NCBI GenBank assembly: GCA_002816455.1
Contig: MUCR01000006.1
Span: forward strand, 11,148 to 75,147
Length of the DNA: 64,000 bases
Direction of reading: 5' to 3'
Source: SAR202 cluster bacterium Io17-Chloro-G4
GTDB taxonomy: Bacteria; Chloroflexota; Dehalococcoidia; Lucifugimonadales; UBA3495
Positions within the stretch are counted from its first letter, which is position 1, and each line of letters begins with the position of its first letter. This document shows positions 27,258 through 38,461 of this stretch, one piece after another. The notes under the pieces are model-generated. The model worked only from the letters and a program-made list of their open reading frames with translations. It was not told where the DNA came from and searched no databases. The translations under genes and the position numbers were made by a program.

Positions 27258-28585
27258 GCGCCAGCCCCTTCCTGGGGGCCATTGCCGTCTTGGGCAATTT
27301 GGAACCGGCGCAACTCGACTTTATCTATCCTGACGCCGTCCATCGCCTTGACGGTCAACCTGAGGTCTTCATACTCCACAATGTCGCCCTCTTCGGGTAT
27401 CCGGCCAAGGGAATCCAGAATAAATCCGGCCACAGTCTGATAACCGCCTTCAGGCAGGCCCACATCCAGTTCGTCGTTAATCTCCAGGATACCCACGGCT
27501 GCGTCCACACGGAAGGTGTGCTCGTCTACCGAAACGAAAGTGTCCTCCTGGATGACCCCTTCCTCGCTTACTTGGCCCACGATTACTTCCAGCAGTTGCT
27601 TGAGGGTCGCCAATCCTGCGATGCCGCCAAACTCATCCACGGTCATGACCAAGCCATAGCCGCTTTTTTGCATTTCCCCGAAAGTGCTGCTGACGGATTT
27701 CGTCTCCGGCACAAAGTAAGCCGGGCGCAACAGTTCGGTGACGCTGCTGTGGCCATTTATTTGCTGCCTGCCCAAAGCGAGCAACACGTCCTTTATTGCG
27801 AGAACCCCGATTATATTTTCGGTTGTGCCTTGATAAACAGGGAAACGGGTATGGCGGTGCTCCATATGAATCGGCAAGAACTCATCGAGGGATGTCCCGT
27901 GCTCAACCCAAACGATATCCGGTCTGGGCGTCATTATCTCTTGAACCTGACGGTCGCCGAAGCGGAAGACTTTCTCCAGCAACGCAGCTTCTTCTACTTC
28001 CACCGTCCCCGACTGGGCGCCTGCGGCGATAAGGGTGCGGATTTCTTCTTCGCTCACTTGCGGGAATCCACCGCTGATACCCAGGAGCTTGTTGGCCGCC
28101 GATGTGAAGGCCTGTAATACGCTGACAGGAGGGGTCAAGACCATTCCCACCAAATTCAGGGGTCTGGACAGGGCGAATGCCACCCGTTCCGAGCGGTGCC
28201 AAGCGATTGTCTTGGGCAGAGCCTCACCGAAAATCAGGAGGACCAGGGTAACACCGAAGGTTGCAGCCAATACCGCCTGGTAGTTGTTACTGCCAATTAG
28301 GCTCACGGCCAAGGCGGTGCCCAATACGGCCATAGCGGTATTAACCAGATTGTTGCTCAAGAGCACGGTGGCCAGGAATTTTTCCGGTCGCTGCAATAAC
28401 TGATTTACCCGAGTGGCTCCTTGGCTACCGATGCTCACTAGGTGCATCAAACGTGGCCTGGGCAGGGCTATATAGGCGGTTTCCGATGCGGAAAAAAACG
28501 CCGATGCCGCCAGGCAAACTAGCAGTAAGATCAGCCTCCATAAATCAGCGGTATCCATTTGCCGAGGCACCTCCAAAGCCACCAA
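27254..28585 (-). CDS. CNNM/CorC-type hemolysin-family membrane protein (DUF21 + CBS pair + CorC_HlyC)
   Basis: 443 aa. N-terminal TM region with SASETA, a central MTPR....V CBS region, and a C-terminal GR.P..GD......L.V...D..RI..V transporter-associated domain. Confidence 0.85.
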   Translation of the reverse strand: MVALEVPRQMDTADLWRLILLLVCLAASAFFSASETAYIALPRPRLMHLVSIGSQGATRVNQLLQRPEKFLATVLLSNNLVNTAMAVLGTALAVSLIGSNNYQAVLAATFGVTLVLLIFGEALPKTIAWHRSERVAFALSRPLNLVGMVLTPPVSVLQAFTSAANKLLGISGGFPQVSEEEIRTLIAAGAQSGTVEVEEAALLEKVFRFGDRQVQEIMTPRPDIVWVEHGTSLDEFLPIHMEHRHTRFPVYQGTTENIIGVLAIKDVLLALGRQQINGHSSVTELLRPAYFVPETKSVSSTFGEMQKSGYGLVMTVDEFGGIAGLATLKQLLEVIVGQVSEEGVIQEDTFVSVDEHTFRVDAAVGILEINDELDVGLPEGGYQTVAGFILDSLGRIPEEGDIVEYEDLRLTVKAMDGVRIDKVELRRFQIAQDGNGPQEGAGA

Positions 28586-28717
28586 AGCCGGAAATTCCAG
28601 GTCAACCTTCCTAAATTAGGACGTTTCTCGGTAAAACGATAATGGTCTAAATCTGAAGGTCATACCGTTTCACGAGCATTAAAACGATGATAGCATCGGC
28701 CGTTCTTGAGTGTAAAG

Positions 28718-28746
28718 TTGACGCCCATGTGCCCTAACCATATGAT
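28718..28746 (+). promoter_or_regulatory. Candidate sigma-70-type promoter of tsaD
   Basis: TTGACG (28718-28723), 17-nt spacer, TATGAT (28741-28746). Confidence 0.45.
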
Positions 28747-28809
28747 GAAATCACCCTAAATTCTAACGCAGTTCCCCGGCGCAGCCACCAATAAGATGAT
28801 CGCTGACTA

Positions 28810-29847
28810 ATGCCAATCAACATTCTAGGCATCGAAACTTCCTGCGATGAAACGGCTATCGCTGTGGTCACTGACGGCTGCCGCCTGCGGTCGAACATCA
28901 TCGCCTCCCAGGTGGACCTTCACTCCCAATACGGCGGAGTGGTGCCTGAAGTCGCATCTCGGCAGCACGTGCGGGACTTGGTGCCTGTGCTGAAGCAGGC
29001 GGTAAGCGACAGCGGACTGAAGATGAAGGACCTGGACGTTGTCTCTGTTACCTACGGACCAGGGCTGGCCGGTTCCTTGATTACCGGGCTGAACGCCGCC
29101 AAGGCTATCTCCTTCTCCTTGGGCCTACCGTTGATTGGCGTCAACCATTTGGAAGGGCATATCTATGCTTCCTGGTTGGGAGACCTTGACCCGTCCCTAG
29201 ACCCAGGGTTTCCCCTGGCCTGCCTCATCGCCTCCGGTGGCCACACTGATTTGTTGCTGATGGAAGGTCATGGTGATTACCGTCTATTGGGCCGGACCAA
29301 AGACGATGCCGCTGGCGAAGCCTTTGACAAGGCGGCGCGGATCTTGGGCCTGGGTTTCCCCGGCGGCCCAGAGATACAACGGGTTTCTCAAGGATCTGCC
29401 AGCGTCGAGCGCCTGCCCAGAGCCTGGATGGGCGACACCTTGGATTTCAGTTTTAGCGGGGTAAAAACGGCGCTTTTACATCTGGCTCAAGAAAAGGGGA
29501 TTTACCCGCCGGAGAACAACACTCTGGGCCCCGAGGAAACCGCCGATACCATAAGGAACTTGGCCGGGGCGTTTCAGGAATCTGTGGTAGACGTTATGTC
29601 CGTCAAACTACTGAAAATGGCCGACAAATACGGCGCGAAGGGGCTGATATTGGCTGGCGGAGTGGCCGCCAATGCCCGGCTGAGAGAAGAGATTACCCGG
29701 CTCTCACCGCTGCCGGTCATTATCCCGGCGCCGGTCCTTTGCACCGACAATGGGGCGATGATTGCGGCGTGCGCCTACCACCAATTCAAGCGGGGAGAAC
29801 AGTTTGGCATGGAGTTGGACATCGAGCCGGGTCTGCCGTTGGGGTAA
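28810..29847 (+). CDS. tsaD: tRNA N6-adenosine threonylcarbamoyltransferase
   Basis: 345 aa. ILGIETSCDETA.AVV, H..GG.VPE.ASR.H, GPG...SL..G, V.H.EGH motifs. Confidence 0.95.
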   Translation: MPINILGIETSCDETAIAVVTDGCRLRSNIIASQVDLHSQYGGVVPEVASRQHVRDLVPVLKQAVSDSGLKMKDLDVVSVTYGPGLAGSLITGLNAAKAISFSLGLPLIGVNHLEGHIYASWLGDLDPSLDPGFPLACLIASGGHTDLLLMEGHGDYRLLGRTKDDAAGEAFDKAARILGLGFPGGPEIQRVSQGSASVERLPRAWMGDTLDFSFSGVKTALLHLAQEKGIYPPENNTLGPEETADTIRNLAGAFQESVVDVMSVKLLKMADKYGAKGLILAGGVAANARLREEITRLSPLPVIIPAPVLCTDNGAMIAACAYHQFKRGEQFGMELDIEPGLPLG

Positions 29848-29894
29848 ACGGGAAGGTTAATAACCGGAGTTAGGCGCCGCTAACCCACTTCGGG

Positions 29895-30530
29895 CTAGTC
29901 TTCCCACAAAAACGCATGCCCGTTTGGCGAGAGACGGGTGGCGAATACCGAATTGACAACTTGATGCAACTCTTTCCCAGCCCTCTTACCCCTATAGGGG
30001 AAAGCGAAGTTCCAGTTGCTGCCTTGGAAAGTCACCGAACCCTCCTCTGTAGCGAAGTAATGTCTTGCCATCAGTCCTACACCGGCCAATGCGATCATCA
30101 TTACCAGAAATGGGACAACGTCCATGTTGATTACCGGGATTGAAGGCCCCTCCACACGTCCGGTTATCCAATAAGCAATCGCCAAGTAGAGGACGATGGT
30201 ACCCACAGCAAGAATGATGCCCTGTATGACCGAGGCGGAACTGCGGGTTCGCGCTTTGACCGCAACACCCTGCAGTTCGCTTACGGGGACCATGTAGGTT
30301 TCGTCGCGGCCTTCGTTGCGGCAAAAGGCCAACACCCGCTGATTCGTGGAAACCAGTAGCTGACCGTTCTCCGGAGGATGCTGAGTTAGCCCCGACTCGG
30401 GGGAAAAGAAGTGGTCTATTGTTTCCCCAGGCAACAAGGCAATGCTCCGCACATGGGTTGTAACGGTATTATTTGTGCGTGTATCAGTCGATTGGGAGCC
30501 CATTTCGGAGCCTTTAAACACACCCTTCAT
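29895..30530 (-). CDS. Hypothetical membrane protein
   Basis: 211 aa. A soluble N-part is followed by two clear hydrophobic helices (GIILAVGTIVLYLAIAYWI and VVPFLVMMIALAGVGLMA). No recognisable family. Confidence 0.4.
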   Translation of the reverse strand: MKGVFKGSEMGSQSTDTRTNNTVTTHVRSIALLPGETIDHFFSPESGLTQHPPENGQLLVSTNQRVLAFCRNEGRDETYMVPVSELQGVAVKARTRSSASVIQGIILAVGTIVLYLAIAYWITGRVEGPSIPVINMDVVPFLVMMIALAGVGLMARHYFATEEGSVTFQGSNWNFAFPYRGKRAGKELHQVVNSVFATRLSPNGHAFLWED

Positions 30531-30714
30531 CCAAAAACTATACTAACACAACGCCCTGTGTTGATTCCTAATAACATGAGGGGCCTGGTAACAGAAAGGG
30601 CGTTCAAAGGCAGTGGCCGCCTGATATAAAGGGGACGCACTCAAGCCTATTTAGCCGTTTCTCATACCGTAGCAGATTGACACCAAGCCGTCTCTATGGT
30701 ACGGTTTTTGGGCA

Positions 30715-31000
30715 AAAGCTGTGATGGAGACGAGTAACTAAGGTGGGCGCTGAGCGAGCCTGGTATGGTGGAAGCAGGCGCGCCGAACTTAGATAAAAAT
30801 CCCTCCGGAGCTGCCAGCTGAAGCCTTCTCTAAGCTATCAATTGGCGTAGGGAACAAGTAAGCCAGGCCGGGTTCGTCGCCCGTTACCAACGACGGGGCA
30901 TGTTAGTGCCCTGCTAGAGAGGTCCCGATGTAATCGGGATAAATAGGGTGGTACCGCGGGAATATTGAACTCCCGTCCCTATATGGGGACGGGTTTTTTA
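30715..31000 (+). promoter_or_regulatory. Second T-box riboswitch leader (probable Leu specifier CUU) with terminator
   Basis: GTGATGGAGACGAGTAAC start, AGCGA and GGTGGAA elements, and GAA-CTT-A (CTT at 30788-30790). F-box CCGTTA is at 30881-30886 and the T-box AAATAGGGTGGTACCGCGGG at 30941-30960. The perfect terminator CCCGTCCC-ctatatg-GGGACGGG is followed by TTTTTT. Confidence 0.85.
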
Positions 31001-31172
31001 TTTGCCCAAAACTGCGGCGCTCCAATGGCCCATCTCAGCAGGGAATATTCGAGATTCACGGATGAGATTGGGACGAATGGAGACCAAAGTCGAAAGCCGG
31101 TCACAGCTCTTTTCTTTAGCTGACCCGGATATGGACCAAGAGGAAGGGAGCTCGTGCCGCCGGGAGGCCGCT

Positions 31173-32906
31173 GTGAAAAACAACCCATCTAGCGCCCAGC
31201 CAAATACGGGCAAGAGAAAGCTCAGGGGCGCCGAGATCATCTGCGAAAGCCTGCTCCGAGAGGGAGCGGACGTAATTTTCGGCTACCCCGGCGGGGCTAT
31301 CCTCCCGTTTTACGATGCTCTTTGGAGTTATCCTCAGTTGCGCCACATCCTGGTGCGCCACGAGCAGTCTGCAGCCCATGCCGCCGATGGCTATTCCAGG
31401 GTCACCGGCAAAGTAGGCGTCTGTGTAGCCACATCCGGCCCCGGCGCCACCAACTTGGTTACGGGCATAATGGGCGCAAAGGCGGACTCAGTGCCAATGA
31501 TTGCCATAACGGGGCAAGTAGCCAGGGCTGCTTTGGGAACAGAGGCGTTTCAAGAGTGCGATATTTGCGGCATCGCATCCTCTTGCACAAAAGCAACCTT
31601 CATGGTGATGTCGGCTGCGGACTTGGCTCCTACCATTCGCGAAGCCTTCCGAATCGCATTGGAAGGACGTCCCGGGCCGGTGCTAATTGACGTGCCTCGG
31701 GATGTTCAAATAGAAGAGGTAGAGATCGAGTTCCCTGAAATTGCCGAGGCGCTGGCGGAACCTGTGTCCCCGGAAACGTTGGAAGGAGTGCAGCAAGCGG
31801 CCCGCCTCATTAATCAAGCCGAACGCCCGGTAATCATAACCGGGCATGGTGTTCTGACCTCCTGGGCAAACCAAGAAGTGAAGGGGTTGGCCGAATCCAC
31901 CGGGATTCCGGTCATTACAACCTTGCTGGGGTTGGGTGGCATACCGTCGGATCACCCGTTGAGCTTGGGCATGTTGGGAATGCACGGCATGTATTGGTCC
32001 AATATGGCGGTGGACCAAGCAGATCTGGTGATTGGGTTGGGAATGAGATTCGACGACCGGGTAACCGGCAAGGCGTCAACCTTTGCGCCCCACGCCCGGA
32101 TAATCCACCTGGACATAGACCCAACGCAAGTGGGCCGCAACGTCCCTGTGGAAGTGCCATTAGTGGGCGACGCCAAGGCGGTCTTGCGGGAACTGTTGCC
32201 CTTGGTTTCTCATGTGGAACGCAAGCCGTGGATGGACCATCTGTCCCAGCTAAGGCAGGACCATCCTTCATTGACCATTCCGCCCTCCGATGCGCTTCAG
32301 GCTCAGCAGGTGCTGGCCAATCTGAACGAGCTGATGCGGGAGAACCCGGACACAATCGTAGTCACTGGAGTGGGCCAGCACCAGATGTGGGCAGCCCAGT
32401 TCTTGGGATTTAATAAACCGGGCACGTTTGTGTCATCCGGCGGCCTGGGAGCAATGGGTTTTGAATTGCCAGCTGCATTGGGCGCCCAGATTGGCCGGCC
32501 CGATGCCACCGTTTGGAGTATTGCCGGAGACGGCGGTTTTCAAATGACCCTGCAAGAGCTGGCCACGGCCACAGAGTCGAAGTTGCCGGTCAAGATAGCC
32601 TTGATCAACAACGGGTATTTGGGCATGGTCCGCCAATGGCAGGAGATGTATTTCGAGAACCACCTCAAAGCGGTGCCGATACCCGGGCCGGACTACCTCA
32701 AGTTGGCTGAGGCCTACGGCGTGCCCGCTTTACGGGTGACCGAGCCGGAAGATGTGCTCCCGGCGATGCGCCAAGCGGAAGCCCATGATGGGCCGTTCCT
32801 GATAGAGTTCGTGACGGAAGCCACTGCCAACGTCTACCCGATGGTGCCGCCTGGCGGATCCCTGGGAGACACGTTGGAAGACCCGCTAGTGCAACTGGGG
32901 CATTAG
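31173..32906 (+). CDS. Acetolactate synthase large-subunit paralog (orphan, no adjacent small subunit)
   Basis: LRGAEIICESLLREGADVIFGYPGGAILPFY...RHEQSAAHAADGYSR.TGKVGVCVATSGPGATN...GGLGAMGF...GDGGFQM is collinear with the ilvB product. The tracked ORF start at 31002 lies inside the T-box terminator. GTG at 31173 has SD GGGAGG 5 nt upstream; ATG at 31131 is an alternative. Confidence 0.85.
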   Translation: MKNNPSSAQPNTGKRKLRGAEIICESLLREGADVIFGYPGGAILPFYDALWSYPQLRHILVRHEQSAAHAADGYSRVTGKVGVCVATSGPGATNLVTGIMGAKADSVPMIAITGQVARAALGTEAFQECDICGIASSCTKATFMVMSAADLAPTIREAFRIALEGRPGPVLIDVPRDVQIEEVEIEFPEIAEALAEPVSPETLEGVQQAARLINQAERPVIITGHGVLTSWANQEVKGLAESTGIPVITTLLGLGGIPSDHPLSLGMLGMHGMYWSNMAVDQADLVIGLGMRFDDRVTGKASTFAPHARIIHLDIDPTQVGRNVPVEVPLVGDAKAVLRELLPLVSHVERKPWMDHLSQLRQDHPSLTIPPSDALQAQQVLANLNELMRENPDTIVVTGVGQHQMWAAQFLGFNKPGTFVSSGGLGAMGFELPAALGAQIGRPDATVWSIAGDGGFQMTLQELATATESKLPVKIALINNGYLGMVRQWQEMYFENHLKAVPIPGPDYLKLAEAYGVPALRVTEPEDVLPAMRQAEAHDGPFLIEFVTEATANVYPMVPPGGSLGDTLEDPLVQLGH

Positions 32907-32925
32907 GTTTCGAGACCGGAATATA

Positions 32926-32999
32926 ACCGCAGAGAGCGCGGAGACCGCAGAGTTAATAAATAAGCCTTTCTCTGCGGTCTCGGCGAACTCTGCGGTGAA
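32926..32999. repeat. Inverted-repeat element, family C (CACCGCAGAGAGCGCGGAGACCGCAGAG ... CTCTGCGGT...CTCTGCGGTGAA)
   Basis: Lies between convergent genes. Other copies are at 49350-49432 and 59126-59220. Confidence 0.8.
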
Positions 33000-33014
33000 T
33001 TTTATAATCATTCC

Positions 33015-34205
33015 CTAATTGCTCCGGCCAAAGCGGCGCCCACCGCCAAACAGTAGGTAAGACACGACGACCAGAAGCGCAATTCCTCCCAACGGTCCAG
33101 CGATGGCAGCTATTAATACGCCGTTGTTCGAGTCTTCTTTAGACATAAGTGAAATCGCTATCCTCGCTTCAGGTTTTTCTTCCTGTATCGCTGTTTCGCC
33201 GGTCTGGGTCGTGCCTTCGGAGATATCTCTGTTGCGAATCTTGCCTTGGGACTCAAGAAAGTCCAAAGCCTGATCGAAGGCCTCGCTGAAGACCAGCATG
33301 GTTAGCCGGGCTTCCTGCCTGCCTTCTCGCTCAGACAGAAAAACGCCTTCAATTTTCCCTTCAAAAGTCTCAGCAAAGCTCTTCACGCCGTCCACTGTGC
33401 TGCCCACGTCCGACACGGATATGGTCATTGACGCCGAGGGAAGTACGCCCGGTTCGATTTGCGGAGGCGAGAGTGAAACGGAGATTGTTGACAAGTCTAC
33501 CCGTCTTTCCAAGAAGTTTAGCTGGCCTTGAGCTCGCTCGATGTCGGCCCTAACGCGGAACAATTCCCGCTCAATGGCCAGCACCTCACTGACAACCCCG
33601 GCTTTCCCCAGCAAAGACAACAGGCTTTCTTCTTCCCGGAGCGAGCTCGTAAGCCGGGTCTGTAAGTCAATGAATTGCTCTGAAACGTCTTCAGTGCCCA
33701 AGTTCTTATCCCTAACCTTACCCAAATCTTCGATGCGTTCTAGGGTGTCCAGAAAGTTCGCTTGGGGCACGCGAACCGTGATGTTGGCCCTTTCGTGGCC
33801 TGGCTCGCCGGAACTGGAAAGTTGCTCGATAAAACCGCCCACGCCCTCTGCGATGGATCGTACTTGGTCGATGGCATTATCCACAACCTCCACTTGGAGG
33901 GACACGGAGGCTGAGGAAATTATTTTTCTCTGCGCCGTCTGTAAAGCGGAACCTGAAGATCGGTCATCTCCAGCGAATGGGCTTGGCTCTCCTGCTGGTC
34001 CGGGCGCGCCAACGGCGAATGCTGCCGCCGGGGCCGCCGTCGCCGCTGGAGCGGGCGTGGCGAATGCGGCGCTCTCGTTGGAGGTCAGGAATGAATCTTG
34101 ACCTCCGGTCGACGACCCGAAGCCGCCGTTGCTGCTGACTCCATTGCCGCAAGCCAGAAAAATTACCGTGATCACTGCCGCCAAGAAAGGAATGAATATC
34201 CGCAT
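33015..34205 (-). CDS. DUF4349-like lipoprotein with C-terminal membrane anchor
   Basis: 396 aa. Signal peptide with lipobox (FLAC), an Ala/Pro-rich linker, and RKII..A.V.L.V....A...V...A...GG.I.........A..T.RVP...F...L..I..LG.V......EDV...F.DL..RL pattern. C-terminal TM LIAAIAGPLGGIALLVVVSYLLF. Confidence 0.55.
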   Translation of the reverse strand: MRIFIPFLAAVITVIFLACGNGVSSNGGFGSSTGGQDSFLTSNESAAFATPAPAATAAPAAAFAVGAPGPAGEPSPFAGDDRSSGSALQTAQRKIISSASVSLQVEVVDNAIDQVRSIAEGVGGFIEQLSSSGEPGHERANITVRVPQANFLDTLERIEDLGKVRDKNLGTEDVSEQFIDLQTRLTSSLREEESLLSLLGKAGVVSEVLAIERELFRVRADIERAQGQLNFLERRVDLSTISVSLSPPQIEPGVLPSASMTISVSDVGSTVDGVKSFAETFEGKIEGVFLSEREGRQEARLTMLVFSEAFDQALDFLESQGKIRNRDISEGTTQTGETAIQEEKPEARIAISLMSKEDSNNGVLIAAIAGPLGGIALLVVVSYLLFGGGRRFGRSN

Positions 34206-34523
34206 GATTGCTCACGTCAGGTATGGTCTGGTTTCAGTTCTGTAATTAATGACGCGGTGAGGGTTTAAAAAGTTCCCCCAGGCGGCTATCCGGGCTTTCA
34301 TGTCTCATTCACAGAAGCACAGCGAAAGGGTGAGTCTTGCGGAAGGATAGGCTATCCCCTAGACTTATCTGGTAGTGCAGGATAGATTTTTTTACGCTAA
34401 ATGGAATCACATTCTACCCGGTAGACCGAGCGCCGTGCCAAATATTTACTGGAACAATCTCCGTTTGACCACCTATTATTTTCACCGGGTAGCAGACCGA
34501 TAGGGGGCCTGCAAGAGGCGAAT

Positions 34524-34925
34524 ATGGATAGAGTCACGATTCAGGAAGCGTCCCTTCGTTTGAACGTTTCCCAGAAGACAATTAGGGAAAGCATCCGCGC
34601 CGGTGAGTTGCAAGCCTTTCGACAGCCCGGGCCTCGGGGAGACCAATGGGTGGTGGAGCTGCCTGAGGAAGGCTGGCAGGACAAGCACAAAAAAGCCTAC
34701 ATGGAATTGGCCACATCTTTGCCAAAGTGGTGGTGGGCCAATGAATCCAGCAAAGGCCACGTCCACTACATAGCTGAGCTTGGCATCGAGGAAATTGAGG
34801 CCAAGTATTTGTGTGGATTCCGCAGCGAGAATATTTGGAGTGCAACGGGTCATTCCGAATCTGACCGTTGCCCCAAGTGCCTAGAAACAGCTACGTCCCG
34901 GGGATTGCCCCTAGAGTTTTCTTAA
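34524..34925 (+). CDS. Excisionase/MerR-type HTH DNA-binding protein with Cys-containing C-terminal region
   Basis: 133 aa. N-terminal VTIQEASLRLNVSQKTIRESIRAGEL HTH. C-terminal region contains C...(27 aa)...CPKC. Confidence 0.5.
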   Translation: MDRVTIQEASLRLNVSQKTIRESIRAGELQAFRQPGPRGDQWVVELPEEGWQDKHKKAYMELATSLPKWWWANESSKGHVHYIAELGIEEIEAKYLCGFRSENIWSATGHSESDRCPKCLETATSRGLPLEFS

Positions 34926-35022
34926 ACACCGAACTTTGCTGCACAATTCTTTCTTAAATCAAACGGATTAACCTGGATCCTCGAAGTCGGCCTTTCTCCT
35001 ACGTTTGGTGATCCCCTTTCGC

Positions 35023-36471
<1,449 letters not shown>

Positions 36472-36615
36472 TGGATCCCCTTTTTTGGAATTAGTTTGGT
36501 GATTAGACTTAGCCTAGTCAGACTAAAATCATACCCGCTCATCTTGAGCTTGTCGAAGAACCTTCATCATTGGACACGCTTGGGTGGCTTCCCATCACAA
36601 TCGTAGGCTCTACCT

Positions 36616-36794
36616 CCGTTCGTCCTGAGCTTATCGAAGGATTTCCATCGTCAAGTGTGCATAGGTGGGTCTCATGGTCTACACCGCCGCCAGCGCTCGA
36701 TCGTTGTATTCGTTCCAATAACCTAACTTACCCGCATCGTGGCGGTGGTTCGACAAGCCTGTCCTGAGCGGCGCCGAAGGGCTCACCACGAACG
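36616..36794. repeat. Third copy of the ~178-bp composite family A element
   Basis: ccgttcgtcctgagcttatcgaaggatttccatcg...ggttcgacaagcctgtcctgagcggcgccgaagggctcaccacgaacgg is collinear with the 24698-25064 copies. Confidence 0.8.
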
Positions 36795-36862
36795 GGCAGG
36801 GAATCCATGAAGCAAGCCTCCGCTCATCCCGACCTCGCCGAAGAAATACCTTGTTCTAATTT

Positions 36863-38413
36863 TTATTTGCCCTCTTTGATCCAGTCGGACACCCGCTCAG
36901 CAATCATGATTGTGGTGGCATTGGTGTTTGCTCGGATGACGTCGGGCATCACCGAGGCATCTACCACCCGCAGGCCTTCCAGTCCGTGAACTTTGCAGTA
37001 CTGGTCAACCACGGCCATGGGGTCCGAAGCCTGCCCCATTTTGCAGGTTCCGGATATATGATGCTGGGTGTAGCAATTTCGCAGCATCCAGTCGTCCAAT
37101 GCCTCGTCTGAAGCAAAGTCCTCCTCCGTAGGATTAATCCGCTCGGATATCAAAGAGTTCAACGCCGGATGGTCAGCGATTCGTGAAGCAGTCTTCAAGG
37201 CTTCCCGCATCCTCTCCCGGTCGTAGGGGGCCGAGAACAAGTCGTAGTTCAAGTCCGGCTGGACGTGGGGGTCGGTAGAAGCCAACTTGAGACGGCCGGC
37301 GGAGGTGGCGTTTTGCAGGCCCACGCTTAGGCCCCAGTGGAAGTCCTCACCCTCGTAGTTGATGCTGGATGGCCGGTGTTCGCTACTCATCAGAGTGGGT
37401 GTAATCTGGAAGTCGGCTCTGGTGGGCGAGCCTTCAGCGCTAAAGCGCAAGCCAACCTGTATGCTGGCGGCATCCACGTCGGGCGATTCGCCTATCCCGC
37501 GGAACAGCATATAGGCCGCCGGATGGTCGCGCAGGTTTTCCCCGACTCCTGGCATATCATGGATTACAGGCACGCCCATCTCCCGCAGGTGGTCCGCCGG
37601 CCCTACACCGGAGAGCAACAATATCTGGGCCGAGCCGATGGTCCCGCTGCACAGAATTATCTCATCGGATTCGACAGTGAAGATTTCACCACCGCTTTCG
37701 GCCTCAACACCGACGGCCCGATTTCCTTCAAACAGGATGCGGCGTACGGTAACGTCGCCCCTGACGGTGATGTTGAGCCGGTGACGCGCTTGGCTGAGGT
37801 AGGTCAGGGAAGTGCTCATGCGCACTCCGTCAATATTGTTCAGGGGCCTAGCGGCGACGCCGTTTGAATCGGGGCTATTTTGGTCGGCGTCCTCGGGGAA
37901 ACCGACACCGACGCAGGCGTCGTAAAAGCTACTGTTTATTGGCAGCCACTCTTGCCGGTCATATCGGCGGACCGGGAGAGGACCTTCGTTGCCGTGAAAG
38001 TCGTCGCCGCCGAAGTCCCGGTCATTTTCCATCTTCCGGAAATAGGGCAATATCTTGGTGTAGGCCCATTCGTCGTTGCCCCACTCGGCCCACAAGTCGT
38101 AGTCCTCGGGCACGCCTCGGAACACAACTTGGCCGTTTATGGACGATGAGCCGCCCATGGCTTTGCCCCTGGGTATGACGATTGGCTCCTCTTGCAGAGG
38201 GGTTGCTTTGGCCCTGAAGTCCCAACTATGTGGACCGTAGGCTGAGCGCCAAACATTGTTTCCCTTTTTCAGGTCTTCGGGTAGATGCTCGAAGTCGGGG
38301 TAATCCGGCCCCGCTTCCAGGAGTAACACCGATTTGTCCGGGTCCTCCGACAATCGAGTTGCGACAACGCAACCTGCGGAACCGCCGCCTATAACTATAT
38401 GGTCGTACCTCAT
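36863..38413 (-). CDS. GMC-family FAD oxidoreductase (choline dehydrogenase-like)
   Basis: 516 aa. YDHIVIGGGSAGCVVA.RLSED, GGSSSINGQV, and the C-terminal H..GTCKMG......VVD..(C)KVHG...LRVVDASVMP. Confidence 0.9.
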   Translation of the reverse strand: MRYDHIVIGGGSAGCVVATRLSEDPDKSVLLLEAGPDYPDFEHLPEDLKKGNNVWRSAYGPHSWDFRAKATPLQEEPIVIPRGKAMGGSSSINGQVVFRGVPEDYDLWAEWGNDEWAYTKILPYFRKMENDRDFGGDDFHGNEGPLPVRRYDRQEWLPINSSFYDACVGVGFPEDADQNSPDSNGVAARPLNNIDGVRMSTSLTYLSQARHRLNITVRGDVTVRRILFEGNRAVGVEAESGGEIFTVESDEIILCSGTIGSAQILLLSGVGPADHLREMGVPVIHDMPGVGENLRDHPAAYMLFRGIGESPDVDAASIQVGLRFSAEGSPTRADFQITPTLMSSEHRPSSINYEGEDFHWGLSVGLQNATSAGRLKLASTDPHVQPDLNYDLFSAPYDRERMREALKTASRIADHPALNSLISERINPTEEDFASDEALDDWMLRNCYTQHHISGTCKMGQASDPMAVVDQYCKVHGLEGLRVVDASVMPDVIRANTNATTIMIAERVSDWIKEGK

Positions 38414-38461
38414 TTTCCCTCCCTTGATTTCTTAAGTTTTGAGTGCGTGGGGATGTATTAG

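Noticed and set aside
31002-31172. N-terminal 57 codons of the tracked 634-aa ALS paralog ORF.
   Set aside because: The tracked start sits immediately after or within the T-box terminator U-run and has no SD. The homologous region begins near codon 75, and a GTG with a strong SD at 31173 is a better start.
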